Source: a virus (taxonomy: Duplodnaviria; Caudoviricetes). Taken from it: a stretch of 64,000 bases of DNA. Shown here in pieces: positions 9,179 to 19,652 of the stretch (within the stretch, counting starts at the first letter, position 1; the number at the start of each line of letters is the position of its first letter). The position numbers and the translations under genes are program-made. The stretch covers positions 154,432-218,431 of IMG/VR virus record IMGVR_UViG_3300010163_000003; one strand, written 5' to 3'. Below the pieces are notes generated by a model. The model was given only the letters and a program-made list of their open reading frames with translations. It was not told the origin of the DNA and made no database searches.

Positions 9179-10657
9179 TTATGGTACAGGAATTAAAATA
9201 TTTTCTTTTACGCCTGGCTTACATGAAACAGATGCTCCAATGCTCCAATTTATGCGAGATGCTACGTCGCATATATCGATAGACATACCGCCGCAACGAG
9301 AATTACCATTTGCAAATCCACCATGTAATTCTGGCATAATACCATTAGCAAACCAACATCCATCACAGTCATAAGTATTTTCTGCGCCAGAAACTTTAGT
9401 TACAAATCTACCATATTCATTATTAAATGTTTCGCTAATATATCCATTGGATGTTCCGCTAATTGTTGAATTAGGTATTTCAATATATCCAGTGCCATCT
9501 ATATTGTATCCTGTTCCAGTAGAACCATCTTGAGTCCCATAAGTCATTTTTACTTTCATTTTATTATTTACATAAATAGAGCCTACTATCCGACCCCATC
9601 TATTGCCCCAGAAGTGTTCTATACCAAATACTTTAACGCCAAAATTATTAGCATTATCTCCATAGAACAATCCTTGAGAGTTCATCATGCCTGTTTGTTT
9701 AACATTAGATTGACTTCCGGTAGTGTTGCCTGTACCAAATGTAATTTGTGTATTGCTAGATTTACCTATTAATACGCATAAATCATTTAACATTTGAATA
9801 TCTGTTCTTGTTTCTATGTTCCACATATGTTTATTTTCTGGATTATTTAATTCGGCAGCAGTTATTTCTTGAATCATTGTAGTACTACATTTTGGGATAA
9901 CTCCAGAAATACTTCTAAGCTTACCAGAAGTATCTATAAAACCATTATAGATAGGAACATAAGTATATTTCATTATGTTTCCATCTTCATCTGTATGGGC
10001 ATAAGCTTTATATGAATTATCAACTTGTTTATCGCTTACATATACATATTCATATCCGTCAATAGTTTCGCGTTTAAACCATATTGTTGGAATGCCTACC
10101 ATTGCGTTCCCTGGAAAATCTATATTGTCAATATCAGACGCAGTACCATCTTTTTTCTTTGTATAATCATCCGGATCTAATTCATAAGCTACAGTACCAT
10201 CGAAATTTAGCATGACAGGCTTAATTTTCATAAAGAAAGCGTCTTTCCAACTACCATACTCAAAAGAATTTGTTTCATAATTCATATAAGCGGGAATAAA
10301 TCCAGTACAATCATTTATATATTCTATACGTTTATCTGGATCTGATTCACCAATAGTTTTCTTATAGCCATATATTATTGGTTCAGGCTCTACAGGTGTT
10401 GGATCTGGATTTGTAGGATCGGGACTTTCTTTATCAAGTTCTGCCATGACTTGGTCTACCATTTGCTTAATTTCTTCATTGGTAATATTATTTTCTTCAC
10501 TAACAAGATTACCATTGAATAAAAGTTTACTGGCATCATTGGCACTAAGCCCATTAAGAGTATCAAGATTTTCATGTGTATGTAAAAAAGACTTAAGTCT
10601 ATCAAGTAATTTCATGTTGTTAAGAATAAGAGCATATTTTAAATTATTCAAAGTCAT
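9179..10657 (-). CDS. Receptor-binding fibre with C-terminal Mtd/C-type-lectin-like domain
   Basis: GIEHFWGNRWGRIVG and HGGFANGNSRCGGMSIDICDVASRINWSIGASVSC resemble the FGE-type C-lectin fold of Mtd-like fibres. Confidence 0.65.
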   Translation of the reverse strand: MTLNNLKYALILNNMKLLDRLKSFLHTHENLDTLNGLSANDASKLLFNGNLVSEENNITNEEIKQMVDQVMAELDKESPDPTNPDPTPVEPEPIIYGYKKTIGESDPDKRIEYINDCTGFIPAYMNYETNSFEYGSWKDAFFMKIKPVMLNFDGTVAYELDPDDYTKKKDGTASDIDNIDFPGNAMVGIPTIWFKRETIDGYEYVYVSDKQVDNSYKAYAHTDEDGNIMKYTYVPIYNGFIDTSGKLRSISGVIPKCSTTMIQEITAAELNNPENKHMWNIETRTDIQMLNDLCVLIGKSSNTQITFGTGNTTGSQSNVKQTGMMNSQGLFYGDNANNFGVKVFGIEHFWGNRWGRIVGSIYVNNKMKVKMTYGTQDGSTGTGYNIDGTGYIEIPNSTISGTSNGYISETFNNEYGRFVTKVSGAENTYDCDGCWFANGIMPELHGGFANGNSRCGGMSIDICDVASRINWSIGASVSCKPGVKENILIPVP

Positions 10658-10668
10658 AGGTCTTTCTC

Positions 10669-11205
10669 CTAACTATTCTTTATCCAACTGTATTTACTAT
10701 TACCTTCTATATTAGCCCAAACTCCATCAATCATAATTTCAATATCTGCATTGTTAAGTTCTAATTGTATTTCCTTGCCATTAAAAGTTAGCTTTGGAGA
10801 AGTATAATTAAATTTAGATAAAACATTGTATTGTGTCTGCGTAAGAAAATATGTACCATCTACAAATAATTCTCCATCTGATGTAAGATTTAAAGCATTA
10901 ACAGGACTATTTTTCAAAGGAGCCATTATGGGTTTTTTATTATATTGTAAAACTCCATTTTTATCAGTAAGTAAATTTAATAAATCTGGATCATTAATAG
11001 GGAATACAGGGTTCCCTCTAAAGCAAAGTTTATTATTAATTTCAGTAAAAAGATTAAGTAAATCAGGGTCGTTAATTGGAGAAACAGGTTTATCTTTATA
11101 ATAGAGTTTATCGTTTGTATCAGTAAGAAGTTGTAATAATTCAAAATTATTATGATGATGAATAAGAACTAAACTACCAGTACTATTTTGTTGCTGATCC
11201 GCCAT
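10669..11205 (-). CDS. Fibre / adaptor protein with internal repeats
   Basis: Three to four repeats of (PINDP)DLLxLxTxxNxKLxYxxxP. Start at ATG 11205 after RBS AGGGAG. Confidence 0.5.
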   Translation of the reverse strand: MADQQQNSTGSLVLIHHHNNFELLQLLTDTNDKLYYKDKPVSPINDPDLLNLFTEINNKLCFRGNPVFPINDPDLLNLLTDKNGVLQYNKKPIMAPLKNSPVNALNLTSDGELFVDGTYFLTQTQYNVLSKFNYTSPKLTFNGKEIQLELNNADIEIMIDGVWANIEGNSKYSWIKNS

Positions 11206-12451
11206 TCTCATCATCTCCCTTCTTAATTCCAGTTATTTTATAAATGCAAACATTATGATAATAATCTACAGTAAGTTTGTCTTTTACAATATGAATTTGA
11301 GAATTAGAAGTCATTGTTCCATAGCCATATTGCAAAATATAAAGCATGCCCATAGAATAAGCTTCATTAAGAGTATCTGGATCTATAACTGCCGTTTGAA
11401 TACAGCCAGGCGTTCCTTTGTCTTGTTTATCTGGCTTATAATAATATTCTACAAGGATTAAGTTATAATTGTCAATGCTATCTTTTAAGCTATACTTACC
11501 AGATTGTGAAATTTCTTCATTGTAAAGATTAACTTTCGCTAAACTAGCACCCTTTTCTATAGACTCAATTTCTTTACCATAATCTTTGGCATATAATTTA
11601 CCATCTTTAACTACAATAGCATTAAAAGGATCTGTAGACACCAATGCATTATTAAATATATTTTGACCATTATAGCATAAAGCACCAGACGCATCTTCTG
11701 ATAATTTATCTAATACGCTTTGATTGTTGTGCGCAATCATAGTTAATGCTTGTGCAAATTGATCAGTGGTAATATAATGACTTAGTTCTTGTTTTGTTAT
11801 TCCAATATTATGATATGCATTATTATAATAAATGTAAGCTGTATATGTGCATCCCAATAAATTACTAGGATCATCAGCAAGCAAATAAAGCATCTTTTCA
11901 TCTTGATTAGATTCAGGAAGCGAAGTAACAAAGCAAAAATTGCGTACAGGAAGTTTGTCTATTTCTTGATTTGTATAATCATTAGCAGACCGAAGCATTC
12001 CGTCCCAATTATCTTTGTCTATTTTAGTAACATGAATATCATGATCATTAATATGAGAAGAAGCATCTGTATTTTTGTTATATAAACCATCTGCTTCTAA
12101 AATTAATGCGTTATTAGCTTTTTTAGAAAGTTTAAAAGCTGGAGCGTACAATCCATCGTCTTTTTGTATAATGGCATTATCTGCATCTTTGGAAATATAG
12201 GTTACTAATTGTTTGCCGTTATAAATAAGTTCATCATTTGCATCTATGCTTATATGGGAAAGTACATCAAGAATATTCTGTGTAACATGCATAGATGCAT
12301 TATCTACGTGCATTCTTAAATCATTTGCGTAATCTTTCACATAAAGACCATCATCACTTGCTCTATGTAAGGCGTTATCTGAATCTTGAGAAAGCTTTAA
12401 AACAGACTGAAGTATATATATTAAATCTTCTTTCGTAAGAGCTTTACTCAT
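11183..12451 (-). CDS. Fibre protein
   Basis: Repeats ISKDADNAIIQKDDGLY and HINDHDIHVT..DKDNW motifs typical of trimeric phage fibres. Confidence 0.6.
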   Translation of the reverse strand: MSKALTKEDLIYILQSVLKLSQDSDNALHRASDDGLYVKDYANDLRMHVDNASMHVTQNILDVLSHISIDANDELIYNGKQLVTYISKDADNAIIQKDDGLYAPAFKLSKKANNALILEADGLYNKNTDASSHINDHDIHVTKIDKDNWDGMLRSANDYTNQEIDKLPVRNFCFVTSLPESNQDEKMLYLLADDPSNLLGCTYTAYIYYNNAYHNIGITKQELSHYITTDQFAQALTMIAHNNQSVLDKLSEDASGALCYNGQNIFNNALVSTDPFNAIVVKDGKLYAKDYGKEIESIEKGASLAKVNLYNEEISQSGKYSLKDSIDNYNLILVEYYYKPDKQDKGTPGCIQTAVIDPDTLNEAYSMGMLYILQYGYGTMTSNSQIHIVKDKLTVDYYHNVCIYKITGIKKGDDENGGSATK

Positions 12452-12463
12452 GCTTGCGCCTCC

Positions 12464-12979
12464 TTACATAATATTTGCTATAATCTCATCTAGTTCTTCT
12501 TTTGTATACGGTTCAAGCGTTTCTTGTGGCGATTGTGTTGATATTCCAGTTGTTAGGCCCACTTTTAATTTAACTTCAATAATGCCACTAGAAATTTGTG
12601 TAGCAATTTCTCTAAACGTATTAATTGGTTGAATACTCATCAATTTCCCGGGAATCACTTCCGAAAGATATAATATAGAGCCATTTGGGAACTTATACTG
12701 AGGAGCATTTACAATACCTTTAACTACTAATATAAAATTATTGCTATCAACATATTCAGAAACAACTCCACAAACTTCACTTTGCATTGTGTTTACAGCA
12801 AGTGCTCTAATAAATTTTTTAGACTGCAAATCATATGCAAGTACATCACCAGGAATGAAAAAATGATCGTTTTGAGTAATTTGTACAACAGTATTTTCTC
12901 TTAACATTGTACCAAGATAAGTTAAATCGATCAAGTGTTCATTTTCTGGATCTTTAAAAATGACTGAATTATTTTTCAT
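12464..12979 (-). CDS. Small virion protein with capsid-cement-like (beta-tulip/DUF2190-like) domain
   Basis: QxxHxFxxGD...GVVS...LYLSE..PGKL pattern shared with two neighbouring proteins. Confidence 0.4.
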   Translation of the reverse strand: MKNNSVIFKDPENEHLIDLTYLGTMLRENTVVQITQNDHFFIPGDVLAYDLQSKKFIRALAVNTMQSEVCGVVSEYVDSNNFILVVKGIVNAPQYKFPNGSILYLSEVIPGKLMSIQPINTFREIATQISSGIIEVKLKVGLTTGISTQSPQETLEPYTKEELDEIIANIM

Positions 12980-12980
12980 A

Positions 12981-14312
12981 TTATATACCTATAATTGTGT
13001 CTATAACTTCTTGTAATTCAGAAGTATCATAATGTTCAAAGTTTTCTGGTAGTTCTTGCACATTTCCATATGGAGCCAATGGAGCACCAAATACGCCATC
13101 TAAAATATTAATAATTATACTTCGATCTGTGTAAATGGCAATTGGAATATAAGAAGTATTCTCTATATCTTTGTAATGAACCATTTTGCCAGCTTGTTTA
13201 TCTGAAAGATACAATATCGTTGTATCTGTAAAAGGCGAACTAGGATATTCGAGCCGTCCTTCTGTCATTAGCGTAAAGATATTTTCGTTTCTTACGGAAG
13301 AAACTACACCTATTATATCTCTTGTGTTTTTAGTCGCTAATGGTTTAAAATATCCATCTTTAGAATTATATGCAACGACATCATTAATTTGAAACCCATG
13401 GTTTTCTTGCCTTACTTCATTACAAGATATAATTGTGTTTTCCTTAAGTTTTTCAATATAATCAACATTAAGCACTTCTTCTGGAAATATATTTGCATAT
13501 ATATTTGAGTTTAATCTATCTTTCCTAGATATCTTAGGGCGAGGGGTTTCAATATATGTAATTTTCGCATATCCATTTCCAGCATGGCCAGTTTCTATTG
13601 CGCCAGATATAGATGGCATAGAAGCGTCCCCAGCAATAGTATTACCTTGTTCAATAAAATAAGCAATATAAGAAGAACCACCAGCAGCGCTATCATTGTA
13701 TCTTCCTGCGCCACCGCCATACCATCCTCCACCGCCTCCACATCCTTCGTCAGGTAAGTAATCACTACCACCTTGCCCGAATATACCCTTAGAAGCAGCG
13801 TTTGTACTTAAAGAGTTGCCACCAGAAGTTTGAGTGCCGCCATAAGCTGTTTTATTTGTTGCATCTTTTCCTACAAGCCCACCACCAACTCCACCAAGAT
13901 TATATCCAGCTCCACCGCCACCGCCTGCAACTAAACAAACCTGATTTTTATAATTAGATAATGACGAAAGAACTCCATTACGAAAAGCACAATGAGTTGC
14001 GCCACCGCCTTCTCCATATTTGTTCGAATATCCAGCATTAACTTTTCCTCCGCCATTAAATGTTACTATAGATGTAGTATTGTGAGCTGTAATACCTCTT
14101 CCTTGTTGCCCTACTGCTATATATAAAGTTGTCACAGATGAAATATCTAATATACCTTCTGTATATCCGCCTTTAGCTCCTGCATGCCATTGAGAAAGAC
14201 CACCTTGCGCTCCCCATAACTGTATTTTATATTTACCAGGATTAAGAGAAATAGATTGCACCTTTCCAGTATAAGAGAAATTTTGAACATCTCCTACTTT
14301 ATCTAAAGCCAT
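12981..14312 (-). CDS. Glycine-rich domain virion protein (Gly_rich, ALK/LTK-like) plus C-terminal cement-like domain
   Basis: FSYTGKVQ...PGKYKIQLWGAQGG...GGYTEG...GGGGGWYGGG...GNGYAKIT is the canonical Gly_rich domain pattern. Confidence 0.75.
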   Translation of the reverse strand: MALDKVGDVQNFSYTGKVQSISLNPGKYKIQLWGAQGGLSQWHAGAKGGYTEGILDISSVTTLYIAVGQQGRGITAHNTTSIVTFNGGGKVNAGYSNKYGEGGGATHCAFRNGVLSSLSNYKNQVCLVAGGGGGAGYNLGGVGGGLVGKDATNKTAYGGTQTSGGNSLSTNAASKGIFGQGGSDYLPDEGCGGGGGWYGGGAGRYNDSAAGGSSYIAYFIEQGNTIAGDASMPSISGAIETGHAGNGYAKITYIETPRPKISRKDRLNSNIYANIFPEEVLNVDYIEKLKENTIISCNEVRQENHGFQINDVVAYNSKDGYFKPLATKNTRDIIGVVSSVRNENIFTLMTEGRLEYPSSPFTDTTILYLSDKQAGKMVHYKDIENTSYIPIAIYTDRSIIINILDGVFGAPLAPYGNVQELPENFEHYDTSELQEVIDTIIGI

Positions 14313-14329
14313 ACAATCATCTCCTAATC

Positions 14330-15511
14330 TTATAACAATACTTCAAATTCAAATAAATTCTGTTTTTGTACATTTTTATACATATTAGAATTTGTACGAT
14401 ACAAAGAATTAAATAAATACTTATACGACTTAATCGTAATACATCCATTGCCTCCATCGCCACCATTCAAAGACATATTTTGATATCCCGATAGTGTAAA
14501 ATTTTTACCACCTGTAGCTGTAATTGTACCCTGTTTTAAAATTAGAGAAGAAAATATATTTACCGAACCACCGCCAGATGCACCGCCAGAAGTTGTACAT
14601 CCATATGTGCTAGTAGGACATGCAAACATTTTATTGCCACCATTAGATTGAATATTCCCATTGTTGTTTAGTATACGACAATAAATAATAAGTAATCCAC
14701 CAGTACCACCAATATCAACACATGGCGTAATGCTAATACCAAATCTATAAATTTCATAATATGTATTTATAGGATTACCTTGTCCTGACGTACAAAGTTG
14801 ACCATATCCTGAACCATTACTAGAATGAACTATACCGTTAGTTCCTTTCCCTCCATTATCTGGATCATCTGCCGAATATGCAGGCCAACCTCCTCCTCCA
14901 TCTGATTGGGATGCACCAGAGCCACTTCCTCCAGAAAATGATGTACCATATCCTCCTCTACCAACATATACTGTACTAGAATAATTACGACCTGAACCAG
15001 TTCCTCCACCGCCAGATTGTCTATTAATACCGTTAGCACCATTAACACCATTATACCAATGATCTCCACTAGGTATATAGAAGGCATTTCCTCCAGTAGC
15101 GCCTTTAGCCGGTACATATTGCATTCCATCTACAATATCATCATATAAAAATATATCCTTTCCTTCAGATATACATCCACGAGAAGTCATTGAAATGGTT
15201 CCATTATTAGTAAGACAATTTATATCATAAATAATAAGTCCTTTACATCTTTTTGGTGGCGTAAGAACAATACCTAAAGCAATAGATATACAATTACCTA
15301 AGATTACTTGAGTATCACAATCGTCAATTTTACATAATGAAAATATAGAATTTACTTTTAACTGTGAATCAAATATAAAGTTATTAGGTAACTTATATAA
15401 ATTAAAACTTAATAAAACATTATTAATGTTAACAGATTCTGATTTTGACTCATTATACGTCATTAATGAGTATTGTGATGTAAGATAATCAAATATGTTT
15501 GTATATATCAT
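14330..15511 (-). CDS. Glycine-rich virion protein
   Basis: NNGTISMTSRG, GGTGGLLIIY, GGASGGGSVNI and GGDGGNG polyglycine/beta pattern seen in phage fibre proteins. Confidence 0.6.
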   Translation of the reverse strand: MIYTNIFDYLTSQYSLMTYNESKSESVNINNVLLSFNLYKLPNNFIFDSQLKVNSIFSLCKIDDCDTQVILGNCISIALGIVLTPPKRCKGLIIYDINCLTNNGTISMTSRGCISEGKDIFLYDDIVDGMQYVPAKGATGGNAFYIPSGDHWYNGVNGANGINRQSGGGGTGSGRNYSSTVYVGRGGYGTSFSGGSGSGASQSDGGGGWPAYSADDPDNGGKGTNGIVHSSNGSGYGQLCTSGQGNPINTYYEIYRFGISITPCVDIGGTGGLLIIYCRILNNNGNIQSNGGNKMFACPTSTYGCTTSGGASGGGSVNIFSSLILKQGTITATGGKNFTLSGYQNMSLNGGDGGNGCITIKSYKYLFNSLYRTNSNMYKNVQKQNLFEFEVLL

Positions 15512-15520
15512 AATGCCACC

Positions 15521-17584
15521 CTAAAATGCTTTAATAAACAAATTCATATTATTGCTAACATTATTATCTATATAAAGTTGTTGAGTATTAACAAATCGTA
15601 TAACGCCAGCGTTATCATCAAAAACAATATAAGCAGCCTTAAAGCCATCACTTATTGTATCAATTAATCTTTGAACAAGAGTTTTTTTATAGTTAACATT
15701 TTCAACTACCCTTATAAAGCCATCTGAACGCACATTGTAGTTATTAGCTGACACTTTAAAATCACCAATACTGGCTTCTTGATTATATTGAATACCGCGT
15801 TCAATAGCAATAATGATACCTGCATTCTCAACTGGATACCCAACAGTTTTTGATATATCAGGTTGCTCTTGAACTATCTTACCTGCATCTGTATCAGATA
15901 TATATACAGGCATTCCTTGTATATAGCCATTAGTATCGGAAAACAAATTAGTAGCAAAAAAACCTGTCCATTGATACTCAAACTGATTAGCATTAATTAC
16001 TTTAGTTACCATGCCAACAATATTAGAATCGTAATCATCTAAAGCTTTTGCTTTTTGATATGCGTTTTGAGGATGATAATAAATAAAATCGCCTACAATA
16101 AAACCATGATTATTTTGTGTAACTATACGTATATTACGATAATCTCTTACATAAAACGTACCATCGCTAAGTTTTTGTAAGGCATTATCTGTTTGTGAAG
16201 ATATCTTTGTTTGTTCTACATAATAACCATTAGTTTTCTTTTGAATAGCATTATAATTATCTGGAGATATGACAAACTTTTCTACCAAATATCCATCATT
16301 TTGTTTCGTAATCGCATTATTAGCATTAGCAGAAATCCTAAATGCTTCAGAATATAACCCATCTGATTTAATAGAAAGACTATTTGTTGCATCTTTAGAA
16401 AGATTTACGCTTGCTACTGTTTCTGTACTAGTAGTTACATATGTTGATGTAAATTGAACATTTTGATAAAAAGTATACGCTTGAGAATAATTACAATATC
16501 CATATCGTACAGTTCCAGTAAATAAATTACCCCAACTATAATCATTAAGATCTATGTTTATTCTCATAGCTTCATCCAATGTTGTACTATTAAATCTAGA
16601 ACAACATACTGATACTAAATTTTTGTTCTTTTTTACTTCAAATAAAATACCATTTGGAACAGAATTCCATCCACCTTTTGAACCAAGACTTTTATAAGCG
16701 ATTCTTTGAGAATTAGGATGTTGATAATTATACCAAATAGCAAGCATATTGCCACCAAGACCACCGCGATCACATATAGCAGTAAACGTATGAGCATTTC
16801 CACTACCATCTATAATATGACCAATAACAATACCATTTGCATCATCATCACTATTTGTAGATTTAATAGTACAAATATGCGTATAACAATCATAAAAATC
16901 TTTTGTAATAAATCCATTAAAATAACTCGAATTTCTTGGTTGAACAAAACTTTGAAGATTATTATCCCAGTACCAAGAATTTTCTTCTGTAGGATAGTAA
17001 TGGTCTGTCCAATTACCTCCTGTATGTGAGAATTTTAAGCCTTCATTAAATATAGCATCTAATGGTTCACCCTTAAGTTCTTCTGACCATACAATTGTAG
17101 TAGAGTCTTTAGATTTAAATTTAGGAACATATAATCCAGTTGCTAAAACCTGTATAGCATTCGTATTTTCTTTTCCATCTTTAGGAGACCATATTTTAAC
17201 GTCTGCCTTTAGGCTAGGGATATTTGAATCATAAGTTAAATCAACTGTATTGGTGTCTAAACATTTAATTGATTGCAATTTCTTAATTGCGTCTTCTACG
17301 CTTTTTATTCTTTTCTCTAAATCATTTATAGCATTTAAATTATTTATAATCTGATTTTGAAGACTATTTTGAATATTATCGGTTTTGTCTTTTATTAATA
17401 TAGATAGATCATAAATAGAATCCTCAAGCAAATTTAATGCTTCTTGTAAACCAGTAATAGCATAAATGGGATGTTGGTTTAATAAGTCTCTATTGATAAG
17501 TTCATCATGGTCGAAACTTTGAGAGATGTTACCATCTCCATTGCCAGAGATGGGACGATTATACCTAACCAACCGTACTCCCAT
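15521..17584 (-). CDS. Long fibre protein: coiled coil, lectin-like domain, fibre repeats and cement-like domain
   Basis: N-terminal HDELINRD..QHPIYAITGL; heptad region; STNSDDDANGIVIG (thrombospondin C-terminal/L-lectin-like); ISxxxxNAxxKxxDG repeats. Confidence 0.6.
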   Translation of the reverse strand: MGVRLVRYNRPISGNGDGNISQSFDHDELINRDLLNQHPIYAITGLQEALNLLEDSIYDLSILIKDKTDNIQNSLQNQIINNLNAINDLEKRIKSVEDAIKKLQSIKCLDTNTVDLTYDSNIPSLKADVKIWSPKDGKENTNAIQVLATGLYVPKFKSKDSTTIVWSEELKGEPLDAIFNEGLKFSHTGGNWTDHYYPTEENSWYWDNNLQSFVQPRNSSYFNGFITKDFYDCYTHICTIKSTNSDDDANGIVIGHIIDGSGNAHTFTAICDRGGLGGNMLAIWYNYQHPNSQRIAYKSLGSKGGWNSVPNGILFEVKKNKNLVSVCCSRFNSTTLDEAMRINIDLNDYSWGNLFTGTVRYGYCNYSQAYTFYQNVQFTSTYVTTSTETVASVNLSKDATNSLSIKSDGLYSEAFRISANANNAITKQNDGYLVEKFVISPDNYNAIQKKTNGYYVEQTKISSQTDNALQKLSDGTFYVRDYRNIRIVTQNNHGFIVGDFIYYHPQNAYQKAKALDDYDSNIVGMVTKVINANQFEYQWTGFFATNLFSDTNGYIQGMPVYISDTDAGKIVQEQPDISKTVGYPVENAGIIIAIERGIQYNQEASIGDFKVSANNYNVRSDGFIRVVENVNYKKTLVQRLIDTISDGFKAAYIVFDDNAGVIRFVNTQQLYIDNNVSNNMNLFIKAF

Positions 17585-17594
17585 AGTTTCACCT

Positions 17595-18929
17595 TCATTC
17601 TATTACTATTTTGAATCTATAAAGGTTAGCAGCTAAATATAATGTTTGTAATGTCTTGTCTGAAATACGTAAAGAGATATATCTTATACGTTCTGGCTCT
17701 AAATCTCGTATAATTATTTGCTTAGAATAAGTCAATGTTGTATTGTTGACTTCACCATCCATTTCAGCAATCATGATTTCTTCTTCTCCACCATAATATT
17801 CTGAATATTGGACAATGCTTATTTTAAGTTGAGGAATAACATGATGTTCTTTATTTTTAATGTATATAGTAACATACTGACTGCCCCTAGTATATTGACC
17901 CAAATTATAAAGAGTATCTGGATCAAGCAACGTAGACTCATGATATACTTCTATATTATTTTCAAGGATAAAAGCATCTCCACCATATGTTTCTCTTCCT
18001 AGATCGTATTCTTCTATGGTAGTATCATATTTATGTTTGTAAAATAAACGAAGTGTGGCATCTTTCATTGGCATTGGGAAATGAGTCGTATTTATCAAGC
18101 ATGATGTATTAGAACGGCTAAATAAATGATAATATGCCAAATCATCTGTTCTTAAAACAACGCCATCTTTTGTATATATTTCAAACTCATAATCTCTTGA
18201 TATATTGTCTATTGTAATATATCTACTGTTGTATATAGCCATAGATTTAACTACAAAATGAGAATTATCAATTTGTTCTTTCTTTTCAGTGCCATATATA
18301 AAGAAGCCTATGACATTAGAATCCGCAAACTTTACATTTCCTACTTCTATCCATGTAATACCATCTGTACTAGCCCAAAAGACATATTTATACTTTTGTT
18401 TGGTAAACTTAATATATTTATAGAAAACATCTACAAATGGTTCTTCAGAAGGAGTTTCAGTAGTTGTTTCTCCAGAATCATTGTCGGTATCAGCCTCTCC
18501 ACTATCTATTATAATGTCTTCTGGTTCATGTTCGTTCATAGACCATTGTACATAGTTACCATGAAACATTTCTTTAATCATATTAGCTATATCAGTTTGA
18601 TAAAGGTTAGAATTTTGAAGACCAGAAGGGCCAGTTGCAAGAAAACTTTGACATTCAGCATATTCTTTGTCATTAGAGATTATGATGACACCAGCGATGT
18701 CATCATAATCAAAAATGTCATGATCTATTTCTACTATACAAGAATATTCCTCTAATGTAGGTTCTGTTATTGTATATGTAGTATATCGTCTATTATGAAG
18801 CATTTGTAAGCCATCTGAACCAAAGCGCAAATTATTAGCATCAGAAGGAGATAATGTCCATAATAATGATTGATGCTGAAAATCATCATAATATAGAAGA
18901 CCACTTGCACTTTTATTCAACCTAGCCAT
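17595..18929 (-). CDS. ConA-like beta-sandwich virion protein
   Basis: AGVII...YIKFTKQKYKYVFWASTDGITWIEVG pattern of GH43 C-terminal/ConA-like domains. Confidence 0.5.
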   Translation of the reverse strand: MARLNKSASGLLYYDDFQHQSLLWTLSPSDANNLRFGSDGLQMLHNRRYTTYTITEPTLEEYSCIVEIDHDIFDYDDIAGVIIISNDKEYAECQSFLATGPSGLQNSNLYQTDIANMIKEMFHGNYVQWSMNEHEPEDIIIDSGEADTDNDSGETTTETPSEEPFVDVFYKYIKFTKQKYKYVFWASTDGITWIEVGNVKFADSNVIGFFIYGTEKKEQIDNSHFVVKSMAIYNSRYITIDNISRDYEFEIYTKDGVVLRTDDLAYYHLFSRSNTSCLINTTHFPMPMKDATLRLFYKHKYDTTIEEYDLGRETYGGDAFILENNIEVYHESTLLDPDTLYNLGQYTRGSQYVTIYIKNKEHHVIPQLKISIVQYSEYYGGEEEIMIAEMDGEVNNTTLTYSKQIIIRDLEPERIRYISLRISDKTLQTLYLAANLYRFKIVIE

Positions 18930-18940
18930 ACCATCACCTG

Positions 18941-19642
18941 TTACACTATTTCAATATATTTATCAAGTGGCACATTCTTTACTACTTTTATAGAATCTTT
19001 CCCAACAACATTAATAAGTTCTTTTGCTTTTATCATAGCAGATTTTAAAGAAGCATGTATTGAGTACAAGAACCATACATCATATTCGATACGAGCCATT
19101 TTATCATAATAAATATACGGAGCTTGTTTTGGGTTAGCGCCAGATGATGATGGAGCTTGATGTAAGTTAGCTTGCCCAACTTCTTTAGCGATTCCTGCAT
19201 ACATAAATAACATATCGTATTTAGGATTTGAAAGATTAGTTTCATTGCCAATAATATCAAGATTAGCTAAATCACGGGCAACTTTAGCCTGTTTTAAAGA
19301 AACTTGTTGCGCTGGAGTGGTGGCATACAAATCGTCACCAGGTTCAATAAAACAAATTTCTTCTGACAACATATTTTTATTTTTTGCGCTAATAAGAGAT
19401 TCATATTTAACGCACTTAGTATATATCTCGCTTTCTTCTATACTCAGCTCATATAAACGTTTAATTCCGTTTGCGACATCTTTTATAATATTTTGATATT
19501 TTGTTTTATTTGTATTATAAAATGCTGTTAAATCTTCCATGTCAGACTTGCTAACCCAAGTGACTTTACTGGCATTAGTGACGCATTTGTTTATGTTACC
19601 ATTAAAATAACGACAATAAATATGATATTGAGTTGCTGCCAT
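18941..19642 (-). CDS. Hypothetical virion protein, paralogue of 19653..20771
   Basis: Shares NPKxDMLFxYxG and C-terminal SLxxAxxKAKxLxxxxGxxxxxVVKxVxLD motifs. Start at ATG 19642 (RBS AAGGTGA). Confidence 0.5.
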   Translation of the reverse strand: MAATQYHIYCRYFNGNINKCVTNASKVTWVSKSDMEDLTAFYNTNKTKYQNIIKDVANGIKRLYELSIEESEIYTKCVKYESLISAKNKNMLSEEICFIEPGDDLYATTPAQQVSLKQAKVARDLANLDIIGNETNLSNPKYDMLFMYAGIAKEVGQANLHQAPSSSGANPKQAPYIYYDKMARIEYDVWFLYSIHASLKSAMIKAKELINVVGKDSIKVVKNVPLDKYIEIV

Positions 19643-19652
19643 TTTAATCACC

